From: Octopus vulgaris
Lineage: Eukaryota
Assembly (NCBI GenBank): GCA_951406725.2
Contig: OX597816.1
Coordinates: 131,068,001-131,132,000 of the forward strand
Length of the DNA stretch: 64,000 nt
Direction: 5' to 3'
A program made the position numbers and the translations under genes. The notes beneath the pieces are model-generated. The model made no database searches, had not been told where the DNA came from, and saw nothing but the letters and a program-made list of their open reading frames with translations. Positions 24,702 to 39,319 of the stretch are shown here, piece after piece; position 1 is the stretch's first letter; the number at the start of each line of letters is the position of its first letter.

Positions 24702-24745
<44 letters not shown>

Positions 24746-24844
24746 CGTACACGCGCACACACACGCACACACGCACACATATATACATATATGTATATAG
24801 ATGTGTGTGTATATATATATATATGTTATACTATATATACGTGA

Positions 24845-25272
24845 AGGCTCGTGGCTTAGTGGTTAGGGCATTAGGCTTATGATCGTAAGGTCGTGAGTTC
24901 AATTCCCGGCGGCACCTTGTGTCCTTGAACAAGACACTTTATTTTCACATTGCTCCAGTCCACTTAGCTGGCAAAAATGAGTAGTACCTGTATTTCAAAG
25001 GACCAGCCTTCACACTGTGTCACGCTGAATCTCCCTGAGAACTACATCAAGGGTACAGAAACGTTAGCACGCCGGGCGAGATGCTTAGCGATATTTCGTC
25101 TGCCATTACGTTCTGAGTTCAAATTCCGCCGGGGTCGCCTTTGCTTTTCATCCTTTCGAGGTCGATAAATTAAGTACCAGTTACGCACTGGGGTCGATAT
25201 AATCGACTTAATCCGTTTGTCTGTCCTTGTTTGTCTCCTCTGTGTTTGGCATCTTGTGGGCAATAAAGAAAT
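24845..25272 (+). mobile_element. Fused SINEs: family C (24845-~25055) joined to family A (~25056-25272)
   Basis: GTGGCTTAGTGGTTAGGGC..GAGTTCAATTCCC head and TGTGTCCTTGAACAAGACAC body run directly into CAGAAACGTTAGCACGCC...AATAAAGAAA. Confidence 0.85.
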
Positions 25273-26508
25273 AAGATATCGAAATAGCCTTATAAAGATA
25301 GTTAACTCTGCTATATATACAATGCCTTACTGGTTTTTGGTTACTATTGGGTTAATCCAACAAAATCTATACGAAGTAAATATCTCAGCAACCACTGACA
25401 GCATATAAAATAAAGATATATCGAACTTAAAATTAAACATCTAAATCTTAGTCTTAATTGGAGTTAATCTTAACTATATTTCACAGCTGTCGAGTAAAAG
25501 GGTTGTGGAATGTCAATAACAAGAGCTGGGCAGACAAGAAAATTCCAAATCACCCAAACACGTGTCATCAATGTCTACAAAAATAGGTTGCGACTGTTTT
25601 ACTTAGTGCCACCGGAACACTATGATATAACGATTGTACAAAAAAAAAACAATGACACCATGTTTATTTTGTTTACTACCTCTTCTTTCCTTCTTTCTTT
25701 CCCTCTTTCTTTCTTTCTTTCCTTCTCTCTTTCTTGTTTGTCCAGATCAAAGTGAAAAGCATAGAGATTCGGACTATTTTTTCGCATTCTTTTATGATTA
25801 TTTTAACAACTAATTGCTGACTTTTAGTTTTAAAAGTGTCTCAACTGATGGATACGCCAAGATCAGCAAGTTATTTCTACTTAAATGGCAAAATTATTGC
25901 ATTTCTGCTTACACACGGAAGTACTTTGCTTTGAACTCAACTTTTTTCACTCTAGTACAAAAGAGCGACCCAGTGGGAAAATTTGGAGTGAAAAAAAATA
26001 CTCGCAATAATAAAGGTCAGGATATATTTTTTACGTATTTCTTTGGATGAAAATCAAAACATGATTATTATTATAATCAATAACATAGATAGCTTTGAGG
26101 TAACTCTCAGATTTCAAAGAATTCTTTTTAATAGCACTTTGTATACGGGGGAGTGGTTAGTTATGGATTTTTCGAAAGGTCACTAAATGATATTGCAGTC
26201 ACAGTTACGCACAATCATCAATATATAACACATATGTATGTGTATGCGTGTCCATGTGTGTGTATCCGTGTGTGTGTGCCCGTGTATGTGTGTCCGTGTG
26301 TGTGTGTCTATGCGTGTGTGCAAGTGCGTGTGAATGTATCCGTGACAAATGTACATGCAACGTATAAACACAAAACATATGTAATTATAATATATGTACT
26401 CAATGAATGTAAATTCTCTCTCCTGTCAAGATGTACACATACACAAACACATACACACACACACACATACACACATACACACACACACACTCACACACAC
26501 ACACACAC

Positions 26509-26540
<32 letters not shown>

Positions 26541-26806
26541 CTGTGTCTGTGTATGTATGAATGTATGTATGTATGTATGTATGTATGTATGTATGTATGT
26601 ATGTATGTATGTATGTATGTATGTATGTATGTATGTATGTATGTATGTATGCGTGTGTGTATACTCAGAACTGTGTACGTATACACGATGGACACGCACA
26701 CAAACACAGAATCAAAAATTCATGCAAGTTACGAAAAGTATTGTGTGTTGTGGGTATGTATGTGTGTGTAGATATATATGCATACATATATATGTCCGTT
26801 TGCATG

Positions 26807-26838
<32 letters not shown>

Positions 26839-27901
26839 TGTATGTATGTATGTATGTATGTATGTATGTATGTATGTATGTGTGTATGTATGTATGTATG
26901 TATGTATGTATGTATGTATGTATGTATGTATGTATGTATGTATGTGTGTGTGTGTGTATGTGATATGTACTCAATAAATACATATATTCAAATTCCTACA
27001 AATTGTGAGAAGTGTGTGTGGGTATGTATGATACAAACTTCAAGAACCGTATTTATAAACTTATTTAGAAAGGTCATCACCATGACAACATGGTAAATGA
27101 ATTGAATAACAAAGGTTAGAAACTTTAACCATGCCAAATATTACTTACTTAGCTAACCATGCCATGTACTACTAACTTAACTAACCATGTCAGGTACTAC
27201 CAACTTAATTACCAACATCTAATATTATAGATTTATTCTTATCAAACTTCACTGATTTTATTGAGCCATCGTGAGGTTGGCGGCGTTTTCTTTTGCTTAT
27301 TAGTTCTTTGGTTGATTTAAGCTGTTATTGCATATAATGATCATTGATCCGGTGCTGCTATCGCTGTCTTTTCTGAATGTTCGAAAGACAGAACTCTTAA
27401 GGTCAAAATATAAGGTTAAATAAAATGAGGCACCGATGGATATTGTATCAGAATGTTCTTGCTTTAACCTGACCCTTAGTAAAAGGTTTTGTTCGGGACC
27501 CTTGAGAGCAGAGAATTTATGCTTGTACATATGAGAATTCATGTTGTATGTATGTATGTATGTATGTATGTATGTATGTATGTATGTATGTATGTATGTA
27601 TGTATGTATGCAGATTTGTATGTTTTGTCTTATGTACGTATTCTCATGCATATAGTTGCATGTCTAGATGTGTTCATATATACTTCTGGAAAGTTTTATA
27701 GATGTTTATAGTTCCAGTGATGGCTTGGATCTATAGTTTTCGAATCATCTTCCAGCTTTCTGTTTTTGAGAATCCTAATTTCTCAAGATTAGTACTTAGG
27801 CAGTGTTACGTATGTATGTATTATGTATGTATGTATGTGTGTGTGTATGTATGTATGTATGTATGTATGTATGTATGTATGTATGTATGTATGTTATGTC
27901 A

Positions 27902-28450
27902 GGTCACTTTCGTGTGCTACTGGTAACATGTAACCCAGTACAACTTGTTGCATGGTCGGGTCGTCGGCGACTAAACCGGCAACCCCACCAAGCTTGCTTG
28001 GTGAGGAAGGTGTTTATTGGACACCCTGCGGGATGAAAAACAAAATTCGTCAAAGGGCGGAGGAACTCTTGAGAGTCAACGGCCATCCAATAATTGTCTT
28101 AAGGCTGTATCATGCGCGGGGACATAGAAATAATCGGACTGAATACCCGATCGCGCGGTTAAACCATTGGGAGTGAAGGACTCCTAGCCTTTGTTAGGGC
28201 ATCCTTCTAGGAGAAGGTAACTCAGGTAACTGGGATAACTCCGACATAAAAACTGCGGCTCAGTGGTTACCGATGATATTGACTTGTTCTTCTTTTCGGA
28301 TTATGGCTGATGTTGCTTAGTGAGTGGGATTGACTCAGTGCACGGCCTTTCTTCACTTTAAAAAAAATCTTCTTGCACAGGCATTGCACGATAACAACAT
28401 TGATTAAGCTTCATGCAATGGCCATAGTCGATAACGAGGGGGCAGCCGCC
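27902..28450 (+). mobile_element. Short non-coding RTE-associated element (RTE-like 5' UTR + RTE-like 3' tail)
   Basis: Flanked by (ATGT)n and contains the CTAGGAGAAGG RTE 5'UTR-like motif. Its 3' end AATGGCCATAGTCGATAACGAGGGGGCAGCCGCC+ATGT parallels the RTE 3' end at ~29987-30020. Confidence 0.6.
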
Positions 28451-28495
28451 ATGTATGTATGTATGTATGTATGTATGTATGTATGTATGCATGCA

Positions 28496-30020
28496 TGCTG
28501 GCAATGTTCTGGCAAGTATTCTTCTTACCCGCCTGAATAGGTGTGTTGTAAATGATGTCCTATCTGAGTTTCAATGTGGTTTCCGATCTGGAAGAAGAAC
28601 GATGGATAAGATTTTCACAGCGAGATAGATGCAAGAGAAGTACTATGAGCAGAATATGGATCTTGCCCAGGTATTCATTGATTTAACCAAGGCCTTTGAT
28701 ACTGTGAATAGAGCTTCCCTATGGAAAATACTTGGCAATCTTGGATTTCCGGATCACCTTGTATCAATAATCAAATCATTTCATGATGGGATTAAGGCTT
28801 GGGTCAATTTTGGTGGTGGCAGGACGGGACCTATTCCTGTAGTGAATGGTGTGAAGCAGGGTGACATACTTGCCTCAATTCTCTTTACTCTGCTACTCTT
28901 AATCATGCTTTTGCTGTGGACAGCTCTCCCGGGATGTATGTTAGATATCGATCTTCTGGTCGTCTTTTTAACATGCGTCGATTTGCTGCCAATTCAAAAG
29001 TTTTACAGTCTCTTATTCGTGCAGATGACTGTGACCTAGTCACTCATACAGAGGATAATATGCAAGTGCTTGTGAATCATATTTCCTCTTGCAAAGCATT
29101 TGGACTCCGCATTAGCCTAGACATTTCTGTTGTAATGTTCCAGCCTGCGCCAGGAAACCCATGTATGGAACCAGCTATCTTGATCGAAGGGACAATACTG
29201 AAAGTGGTAGACAAATTCATCTACCTGGGCAGCACACTCAGCCGTTCTTGCTCCCTGGATGATGAAATATCTTTCAGGCTGCAGAGAGCAACTGATTCCT
29301 TCAGGTCTCTTAAGTCTCGTGTCTGACCCCCAACAACAAGACAAACAAAAATTGATGTGTACCATGCATGTGTACTGACATCACTCCTTTACTCATGTGA
29401 GACATGGACCCTTTACAAAAGTTGTGAAAAGATCCTTGAACGACTCGATCGGAGATGTCTGAGACACATTCTGAATGTTGGCTGAACCTTAAAATCTCCA
29501 GATACACAGGTCCTGAGGAAAGCCGATATCCTGAGTAATTGAGGCGATTGTGCACAAACACTGGTTGCATTGGACTGGACACCTTGTTAGAATGAATGAT
29601 AGCAGGATCCATAAACAGATGCTATATGGGGAACTTGTTAGTGGAAAGTGACCCCGACAGAAGCCAATACTGTGATTTAAGGACTGTTTAAATTTAAGGC
29701 CTGTGAAATGCGGGAGGCTAACTGGGAGAGCAATGCTTGTCATCGCCACGGATGGAGGCAACAGGTAAAGGAGGGAGTCGATATTTTTGAAAGAGCACGT
29801 ATTCTTCGTGAAGAATTTAAAGGTGCTGCTCGAAAACGCACGGCTGATGTAATGAATCGGGAAAGCTTGGTCTGTAATGCTTGCAGTCGTGTATGTTTGT
29901 CAAGAGCAGGGCTCGTTAGTTACCAACGGAGTCGCAAGTGTAAAGTATAAGGTAGTCATGAGCGCACAATGCTCCTAAAAATCAATAATGGTTTTCCTCA
30001 GTCACGAGTGGATGGCCGTC
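28496..30020 (+). mobile_element. 5'-truncated RTE (BovB-like) LINE, reverse transcriptase pseudogene
   Basis: Motifs QCGFRSGR, FIDLTKAFDTVNR, GVKQGDILA, ADD and FIYLGS, plus C-terminal CNACSRVCLSRAGLVSY. Stops and frameshifts present. ATGT tail. Confidence 0.95.
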
Positions 30021-30665
30021 ATGTATGTGTGTTCTATTTTCTAAATTCTTTGAATTCATCTTCTAAAAAAGCTGCTGTTTCCGAACTAAATAACAGAGGC
30101 TTCATCAGTGAAACATCAATAACTGTAATATAGAGCAATATGTTAAAGCTTTTATATATTTAAAAGATTTTCGAAGGCCTTGGAAAGACTTTCATATTTT
30201 CATTATGGCAAAATCGAACTTCGGACAAAATGTTTAGAGCTATTTGGTCACGGATCTTTACATTTAGAGTGCAAAACTGCCGGGATTAGCTGTACCTCCA
30301 TTCTTCCGTGGTAGTAGAATAAAATATCAGTCGAGTACTGAGTTCGATTGTATAAACTAACCCCTTCCCTTTAAAACTGGTGCGTTTTTTTTCTAACTCA
30401 GAAATTATTATTAGACTGAGATTAAATTGTCGGAATATGCTAGGATTTCTTTTCTTTTATCTGAAGCCACCCTAATTTTCAAGCATGTAACAATGTATTC
30501 CAAATATTACAAGCAAATATATGGACTTGTAAATTGGCTAAAGAAGAATTCTCTTCTAAATTGAACATTAAGTGTTATTTTGACCGGCAGGATGCTCGGA
30601 AAAAAGATTTAAAGAACGAAATTTTGTATCCAACACAGAAACACACACACATAAACAGATGCACG

Positions 30666-30696
<31 letters not shown>

Positions 30697-30956
30697 ACGT
30701 TTATATGTGTATATACGAAGAGAGAGAGAGAGCTGATCTGAGGCAAAACAATGTCAAAGACAATACACACACATTAGCGGTAACGATATAGCCATTCTCG
30801 GGAAGCCTGCAAGTCAAAGATACGCACATACATACATACATACATACATACATACATACATACATACATACATACATACATACATACATACATACATACA
30901 TACACACATACATACATACATGCATGCATGCATGCATACATACATACATACATACA

Positions 30957-30992
<36 letters not shown>

Positions 30993-31012
30993 TATATATA
31001 CAAACACGCACG

Positions 31013-31043
<31 letters not shown>

Positions 31044-31104
31044 GTGTGTGTGTGTGCATATATGATTGTATATATGTATGTATGTATATATATATATGTA
31101 TATA

Positions 31105-32746
31105 CACGCACCTACATACACACACGCACGCATACACACGCATACACACATACATTACACACGTACACACACACCTACATACACATGCATACACACACAC
31201 ACACACAAACATGCACGGACACACCCAGACATACATACATACACCTATATACACACGCCCACACACCTACATACACACACATATACACACGCCCACACAG
31301 CTACATACACACACATACATACACACATACACGGACACACCCATACATACTTACATACATACACCTATACACACACGCCTACACACCTACACACACACAT
31401 GCATACACACACACATGTACGCACATACACACACATATACGCACACACATATATACCCACACACATGCACACACACACACATACGCACATACATGCACGC
31501 ATGCACACGCGCACACCTACACGCATACACACACACACACGCACGTACACATACATACATACACACACGCATACATACACCCATACACATACATGCATCC
31601 TACACACACATACATACACACTCACACATACATACACACACACGCACTCACTCACACACCTGTATGTTCGCGCACACACATGCACATACACACACTTCCC
31701 CACACCCACACGTACATACATACACACTCATACACATACACACACACACACACACACGGACATACATCTATGCACACACATATATACACACATACTCACA
31801 TACATTCATCGGACACACTGCCACCCAAACACACACAGACACACTCACACATCCACACACACACATACGTACGCGCACACTCGCACGCGCGCGCACACAC
31901 GCGCTTGCGATGGTTCGCGCACGCATGCGCGCCGCATGCACCTCGCCCTTGGACCCGACGAGACCTCCCGCCCGTTCCTGGGATGTCGCTTGTCGTTGGG
32001 TTTTCCCACGCCCGTCTCCGCGGGACCACTCTTCCATCTTCCCCTCCGCTGGAGTCCTTTTCCTAACCCCCCCCCCCTTTTTTTTTTCGTTACACACACG
32101 CGCACACATATACACACATTGCTTAAACATATACATTACTCTTACACACATTCAATCTACTCGCCACTAATACTACCACGACACTGGACACACACACACA
32201 CTACTACTCAACACACGCTGGCACGCTACATACGCCCCCACCCCTTCCCCTCCCTCCCTTCCTCCTTCCTCCCTTTTCTTACTACTGACCTTTGTCTGCT
32301 ATGCTGCTGCTATGCTGACCACCGTCTCGCCCTACCTCACACGCCTACACACAGACGCACACACTAACACATACATATATTTTTTGTTTTTTTACCTCGC
32401 CTCACACACACACATACACACACGCACACGCACACACTCACACATACACACACATCTGTTGCGTTACCAACCTTGTCTCCACTCTTTTGCCCTTAAAAAC
32501 CCACTTTGCTCTTGTTATCGTAAACATCCGCCTTTCACCATGTGCTACTCCTAACACCAGTCGTTTTTTTCTCTATCTCCGTTGCCCGCTCCGGGATCTT
32601 TCTTTCCTCTCTCTTCCTTCTTTATGTTTCCGACGAAGAGCTCCGCTCGAAACGTCATACCTCCCTGCTTCCATTTCCTGAGCGCCTATTAATAATAATA
32701 CTGTAATTGTTCCATTGTTGTTGTTTTTTTGTTTCCCGTTTGGATT

Positions 32747-32750
<4 letters not shown>
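31105..32750 (+). mobile_element. Non-autonomous Penelope-like element with CA-rich cargo, copy 2
   Basis: Colinear with 16086-17338. Ends GGATTAAAA+(TA)n. Confidence 0.7.
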
Positions 32751-32786
<36 letters not shown>

Positions 32787-32859
32787 AGGAGTATTGTAAA
32801 ATAGTTATAACGTAAAAATAAGATAACGTCTGACATTTGTTTACTTTTGTAGTGATCCT

Positions 32860-33320
32860 ACAACGGCGCGCGCTCGCGCACTATCCATTTGTATTTCGCG
32901 CGTGTTGGTGCCTTCACCAAGTGAGAGGAAGGGCCCTCTCGCGCATGCGCGAAGCACCGGAAGAAGAACCCTATTGCCTACGTAGCAGTTAGCGAGGCAG
33001 GGGGCTCGTAGAACGTTTGACCACTAGCAGCAGTCATCGAGGACTTGGGAACCAGCAATTGAAGGCGACGGTCACGCGTATATTCTCTCTCCGTCAGGGC
33101 TTGATTCTAGCAGCAGTCGGCCGAAATATACATATAACTACTTTATTCTCTTTCTTGGTAAACAATAACAATAAGTGTGTTATCTGATGTCCTAGGTTCG
33201 GGCGCGCACCGCTATAAGTTAATAGATTGTAATATTTACAATGTCCAGCCCAAAAACAGAAACGGATTCAAGATGGCGTCGAACAGGGAAGTTGAAATGT
33301 GGTCGGCAACAATTTGGTTA
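32860..33320 (+). promoter_or_regulatory. CpG-rich promoter-like island
   Basis: Local CpG enrichment. NRF1-type GCGCATGCGC at 32941-32950, ETS-type ACCGGAAG at 32956-32963, YY1/Kozak-type CAAGATGGCG at 33269-33278 (ATG 33273). Confidence 0.6.
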
Positions 33321-33873
33321 AACTTTCTTTATGTTACGTTGACTTTGTTGTTTTACCTTACGAAACTGTTAAAATAAATACGCGATAAAGTACTTGGGTC
33401 AATATAATTGTTAGTTAAAAAACCGTTTAAGGTTTGTTAAAAAAAAAAACGTAATCATGATAACTGTCCAAAAACTGAATTCAGTAAGAGAATAAAAGCA
33501 TATCAGCTGTACTCACAGAAATTTCAAGAATATTTTAAAACGCATAAAATTGTTGAAATTTTATAGCGATCCACGAAATATTGTATTTTTTCTGGCGTGT
33601 TTGTTTCTTGAGATCTTGCAGAGTTCACATAGAAAATACTGAAGGTACAGTCTTGAAGGAAAAAAACTTTTAAAGTTTATCTTCTTGATAATATGCTATT
33701 CACAGCTGCCTCGAAAGCAGTTTGTTATCTTTTATTGTTTCAATTTAACTCGAGAAGGAAATAATCTTAACTGGCGAAAGAAATCGAAGGCATAGTCTAT
33801 GTTGGTAAAGCTTTCAAAAATCTTAATACACTGCACTAGGTCATTATTTTCATATCAGAGAAAAACACATACA

Positions 33874-33931
33874 GGTTGACTTGAACCCACGATCCCGGTG
33901 AACGAATTACAAAAGCTGCACCACTGAGCTG

Positions 33932-33933
<2 letters not shown>
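33874..33933 (-). pseudogene. tRNA-like remnant / SINE head
   Basis: Minus strand CAGCTCAGTGG (A-box-like) ... GGTTCAAGTC (B-box-like). No complete cloverleaf. Confidence 0.4.
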
Positions 33934-33968
<35 letters not shown>

Positions 33969-34669
33969 TGAAGCTTAGCATTAAAAATTTATTCCTCAGT
34001 TAATTGTCTTACGAATAAAATTAATTTAAATTTTTGTGACTATAAACATCTTTTCCGATTTCATTCAAAATATATTAGTTAAATTTTCTACGAAAACTAT
34101 GAATATCATGTGCTTAATAAAATATATCTTCGATTTCATTCTACAATTAAGAAAAAGTTTCTTCAGAGCATTACATCCATCATAACCGTAGAATATTATA
34201 CATGAACAATATAACTGCTACAATTTTACATGTTTGCAAACTTTCTATGTCGTCTGTTAAACTGCTAAGCAGACGACTCAGAAATTCTGAAACATCATTT
34301 GTTTCACAAAGTTAACAGAAAATTTACCTTCAGCTAAAATTACCAACGGAACGTATACTTCCATGCAACTTTAAGTTATATGCTGAGATTAAACGCTCCA
34401 ACCAATCTATTGAATTTTTTAATATAGTGATTTTGGACGGAAAGTTGATATTGCTACTTGTTTTATTCGTTTCGTAGCAACAAATGCTCACGAGTTCAGA
34501 CTGAAAGACCAATAAGCTAAATCCCTATTTCATCATTTGACTCATACCTCCCCGCCTGCGAATAGTTAGTCACGTGCTAACCTCAGCAACCATCATCCGC
34601 TGTCTTGTGATTTATCACAATGCAGAAAATATTATTTGATAAAGCCGTACATAAATAAATATGAGAATA

Positions 34670-34721
34670 TAGAAAGAAAGAAAAAAAGAAAGAAAGAAGG
34701 AAAGAAAGAAAGAAAGAAGGA

Positions 34722-34765
<44 letters not shown>

Positions 34766-34796
34766 AAAAGGAAAGAAAGAAGGAAGGAAGGAAGGA

Positions 34797-34868
<72 letters not shown>
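34670..34868. repeat. (GAAA)n polypurine tract
   Basis: Direct. Confidence 0.95.
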
Positions 34869-35695
34869 ACTCGTTCTGATGCTCTTTTCGTTGTTCTGAT
34901 AACTCCAACCAGCGCAAGTAACCCCTAACTGATCGAAGATAAAAAAAAATTACTTTGAGTTTACACAAGCTGATGTAATAATCACAATTAGACCTATTCA
35001 GCTACTCACTAAATCTTCACCTTCTTCCACTTAAATGCTTTTCCCTCGGAGAAATACTACAAAATGATTTGTGTTTGGAGTTTTATCAGCGAAATTTAAA
35101 GGAAATCCTCCCTTATTTCTCTTTTATGATCGATTAAATAAGAGAGTCTAGCAACTGACCCATGAAAATCGCTACCGGCCTGATGTCAGAGTATGGGTCT
35201 AATTGCTGCTATGCTAATGCTTACATAACAGTAGAACATGTGCAAGCTACTGGTAATAATTTTATCGTTTCGGTACATATTAACATTATCTTATGATATA
35301 ACAAACACCTTTGTAGCCATTCATACTAATAGTCCTTCGCTTTTCCATTCTGACATTATTACAACCCTCTTGTTTGTTTTGTAAATAACACTGCACTTTT
35401 AGGTTTAACCTAAGTCAAACATTAGAATGTTACGGCCTAAAATACGGCATTTCTTTTTACTCATATATAATCAGCAAGATACTTTCGTTTTGTTTATAGA
35501 GAAATCGCATTAGAGACTAAAACAGTCTCTAATATCGTTTTGACAGTCCAACTTCGCTTGAATTGTAAGCAATATCAAGGAAAGGCATGAGCGTCACTGT
35601 TCTCATTGATCTCTTTCTGTATGTCGTTTGTGCTAATGAATTATTGATTGAGGATTCTAATTGAGGCATGGCAACGAAGTTAATATTATTCTGAA

Positions 35696-36008
<313 letters not shown>

Positions 36009-36308
36009 AATCAGCTGAGAGAAATAACTAGTAATTTAACTCTAGTGACATGTATGAGAACAACAAAGACGAAATGTACATAAAATAACATGCAGGTTAA
36101 ATTCTTAATCTACTGAAATTGTCCCCGCTTCCAGAAAAAGCGGAAGAATCGCTTGGCGTCACTTAAGATCAGTTCCGAATTAGATAGGAAGTCCAAGAAT
36201 CAAGCATTCTCCAAATTTGACAAACTATGCAATGATAGAAAAGATTATATAGACAGGCTGAGGATATACAAACGTGCGCACTTACGTACACACATACTCA
36301 CACACACA

Positions 36309-36690
36309 TCGTGGCACTCCGTCGGTTTCGACGACGAGGGTTCTAATTGATCCGATCAACGGAACAGCCTGCTCGTGAAATTAACGTGCAAGTGGCTGAG
36401 CACTCCACAGACATGTGTACCCTTAACGTAGTTCTCAGGGAGATTCAGCGTGACACAGAGTGTGACAAGGCTGGTTCTTTGAAATACAGATACAACAGAA
36501 ACAGAAAGAAAGGGTGAGAGAAAGTTGTGGTGAAAGAGTACAGTAGGGTTCGCCACCACCCCCTGCCGGAGCCTCGTGGAGCTTTAGGTATTTTCGCTCA
36601 ATAAACACTAAAAACGCCCGGTCTGGGAATCGAAACTGCGATCCTACGACCGCGATCCGCTGCCCTCACCACTGGGCCATTGCGCCTCCA
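36309..36690 (-). mobile_element. tRNA-derived SINE with a distinct head and the family C tail
   Basis: Head GGCGCAATGGCCCAGTGG..GTTTCGATTCCC. Tail GTGTCACGCTGAATCTCCCTGAGAACTAC is shared with 25017 and ~53650. Confidence 0.85.
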
Positions 36691-36860
36691 CACTCACACA
36701 CATACATACGTACATACATACATGCACACACACATGTAAACACGCATATATACATATATAGGTGTGTGTGTATGTGTATGTATATATATATATATATATA
36801 TGCATGCATACATACATACATACATACATACATACATACATACATACATACATACATACA

Positions 36861-36891
<31 letters not shown>

Positions 36892-36894
36892 GCA

Positions 36895-37055
36895 TGCGCA
36901 AGCGTGAATGTGTGGTAAGAAGTTTACTTCCCAACCACGTGTTTCTGGGCTCAGTTCCATTGCGTGGCACCTTTGGCAAGTGTCTTCTGCTATAGCTCCG
37001 GGCCGACCAAAGCTTTGTGAGTGGATTTGGTAGACGAAAACTGAAAGACTCCCGT
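36895..37055 (+). mobile_element. SINE family B, 5' half
   Basis: GTGGTAAGAAG..CCCAACCAC..GGCAAGTGTCTTCTGCTATAGC..GTGAGTGGATTTGGTAGACG. Confidence 0.85.
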
Positions 37056-37450
37056 AAAATATAAATATTTCTGCACATGTTTGTGTGTGTGTGTGTGAGT
37101 TTGTGCGTGTGCGTTGATGTGTGCGCGTGTGTGTGCATGTGCGTGTATGTGTGTGTGAGTGTATACGTGCGAGTGTGCGCGCGCGCGTGTGCACACATAC
37201 ACCTGTAAAATCGTGCTCTTGCATATCTTTGCATTTGTAATTGTCATTGTAACCCCCACCCCCACGTTAAACGGTTTTTATGGTAACATCTAACAAGCAG
37301 TCTTTGTTTACTGTCCAAACTTAAGTTACGTATTAAGGTAGATTTGATTGACAAATTCCTTGCAAGGTTTTTGGCATTGTGCTCCAGAAGATCCACAGTC
37401 TATAGGTGAAACCAACAGAAAGGGAAAATTTCACATAAATTATATAAATA

Positions 37451-37996
37451 TTGGGTTGTCCGGAAAGTTCTTGCCGATTTATAGTAGCTTATTTTAGGAC
37501 ATGGTTGAGTTCATAAAATAGGATTTGACTACACCTCTATTTAGAGCACAGTTTCGTGGAAGAAGGTTTATGTTCCTATAACCTGTGTTAATTCTGTAAT
37601 CCTTTAAAATGGAAGGTAAGAAATTTCCTTTTCGGCACTTGATGCTTTGGGAACCAGACAAAAACTGCTGCAGCTCGGCTGGGATGTATTACCTCACCCT
37701 CCATATTCACCAGATATTGCTCCTTCGGATTTCCACTTATTCAGATCTCTGCAGAATAGTCTTAATGGTAAAAATTTCAATTCCTTGGATGACGTAAAAA
37801 GATACCTTGATGAATTCTTTGCCTTCAAACCAACCCAATTCTGGGAAGAGGGTATTTTCAAGTTAAAGGAAAAATGGAGACGCATTGTGCAACAAAATGG
37901 TTCGTATTTGGTTGATTAAAAATGTAATGGCAAGTATTTATTTATTGACCTTTTTCTTTCCTTTAAAAATCGGCACGAACTTTCCGGACAACCCAA
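37451..37996 (+). mobile_element. Internally deleted mariner element
   Basis: 30-bp TIRs (TTGGGTTGTCCGGAAAGTTC.TGCCGATTT, 1 mismatch) with TA TSD. Transposase N-terminus MEGKKFPFRHLMLWE is joined to the C-terminus HPPYSPDIAPSDFHLFRSL...GSYLVD*. Confidence 0.95.
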
Positions 37997-38630
37997 TAAT
38001 TTACAAACAACCTATGTTTGTGTGATATTCTATTGGTGAGATATCTCGTCTTTTTGGCGTATTTTAACATAGCACAAGCAAAATACGATATAAACAAATA
38101 AAATATAGTGAAAGAATAAAATAAACAGAAATTCATATCAAATTCAAAAAATGTGCAATTTTATAGCCTTTTGAAGTTTTAAGGGTCTTTTTATATATTT
38201 TGAGGGATGTTGCTTCTTAATGTTACTTTTTATCTGAAAACATTGCTGTTGTTTCTATTTCTTGCTTCAAAATTTTCTATTTAATTTTTTTTATATTGTT
38301 ACTATTTTGTGCCACTTCAGAAATACAAGCAGTTTAGAAATAGAGACATTTAAGTTTTATTCTGTTTATTTCTGTCAACCAGAATTTAGATTTATTGCTT
38401 TGAATTGAAATACATTTAAATTCATGTCGAATAAAATTCTTACCTTTTTTAGCATGTGTATATGGGTGAGTGTGTCTCTGTGGTCATATAATGTGTGTGT
38501 GTGTGTGCGTGTGTGTGTGTACATGTATTAAGTATAATGTATGTTTATATACAGAGATTTGTCTCTATAATTATACATATCTATCTATCCACATAAAGAT
38601 AGGTATCTATTTATCTGCATAAAGATATAT

Positions 38631-39228
<598 letters not shown>

Positions 39229-39232
39229 ATAA

Positions 39233-39319
<87 letters not shown>

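Noticed and set aside
26394-27096. MYVC/VCVC/YIYI ORFs here and throughout the window
   Set aside because: Translations of (TATG)n, (GT)n and (AT)n microsatellites
27125-27215. Three ~27-bp TAACCATG repeats resembling a CRISPR-like array
   Set aside because: Degenerate minisatellite without unique spacers, in eukaryotic context
30920-32367. Long His/Thr/Tyr/Ile-rich ORFs (380-433 aa; also 15821-16884)
   Set aside because: CA-rich low-complexity DNA is open in several frames at once; these are not credible proteins
34329-34500. Minus-strand exon-like segment (TTTCAG...AAG/GTAAAT)
   Set aside because: Stop codons in all three frames; the splice signals could be chance
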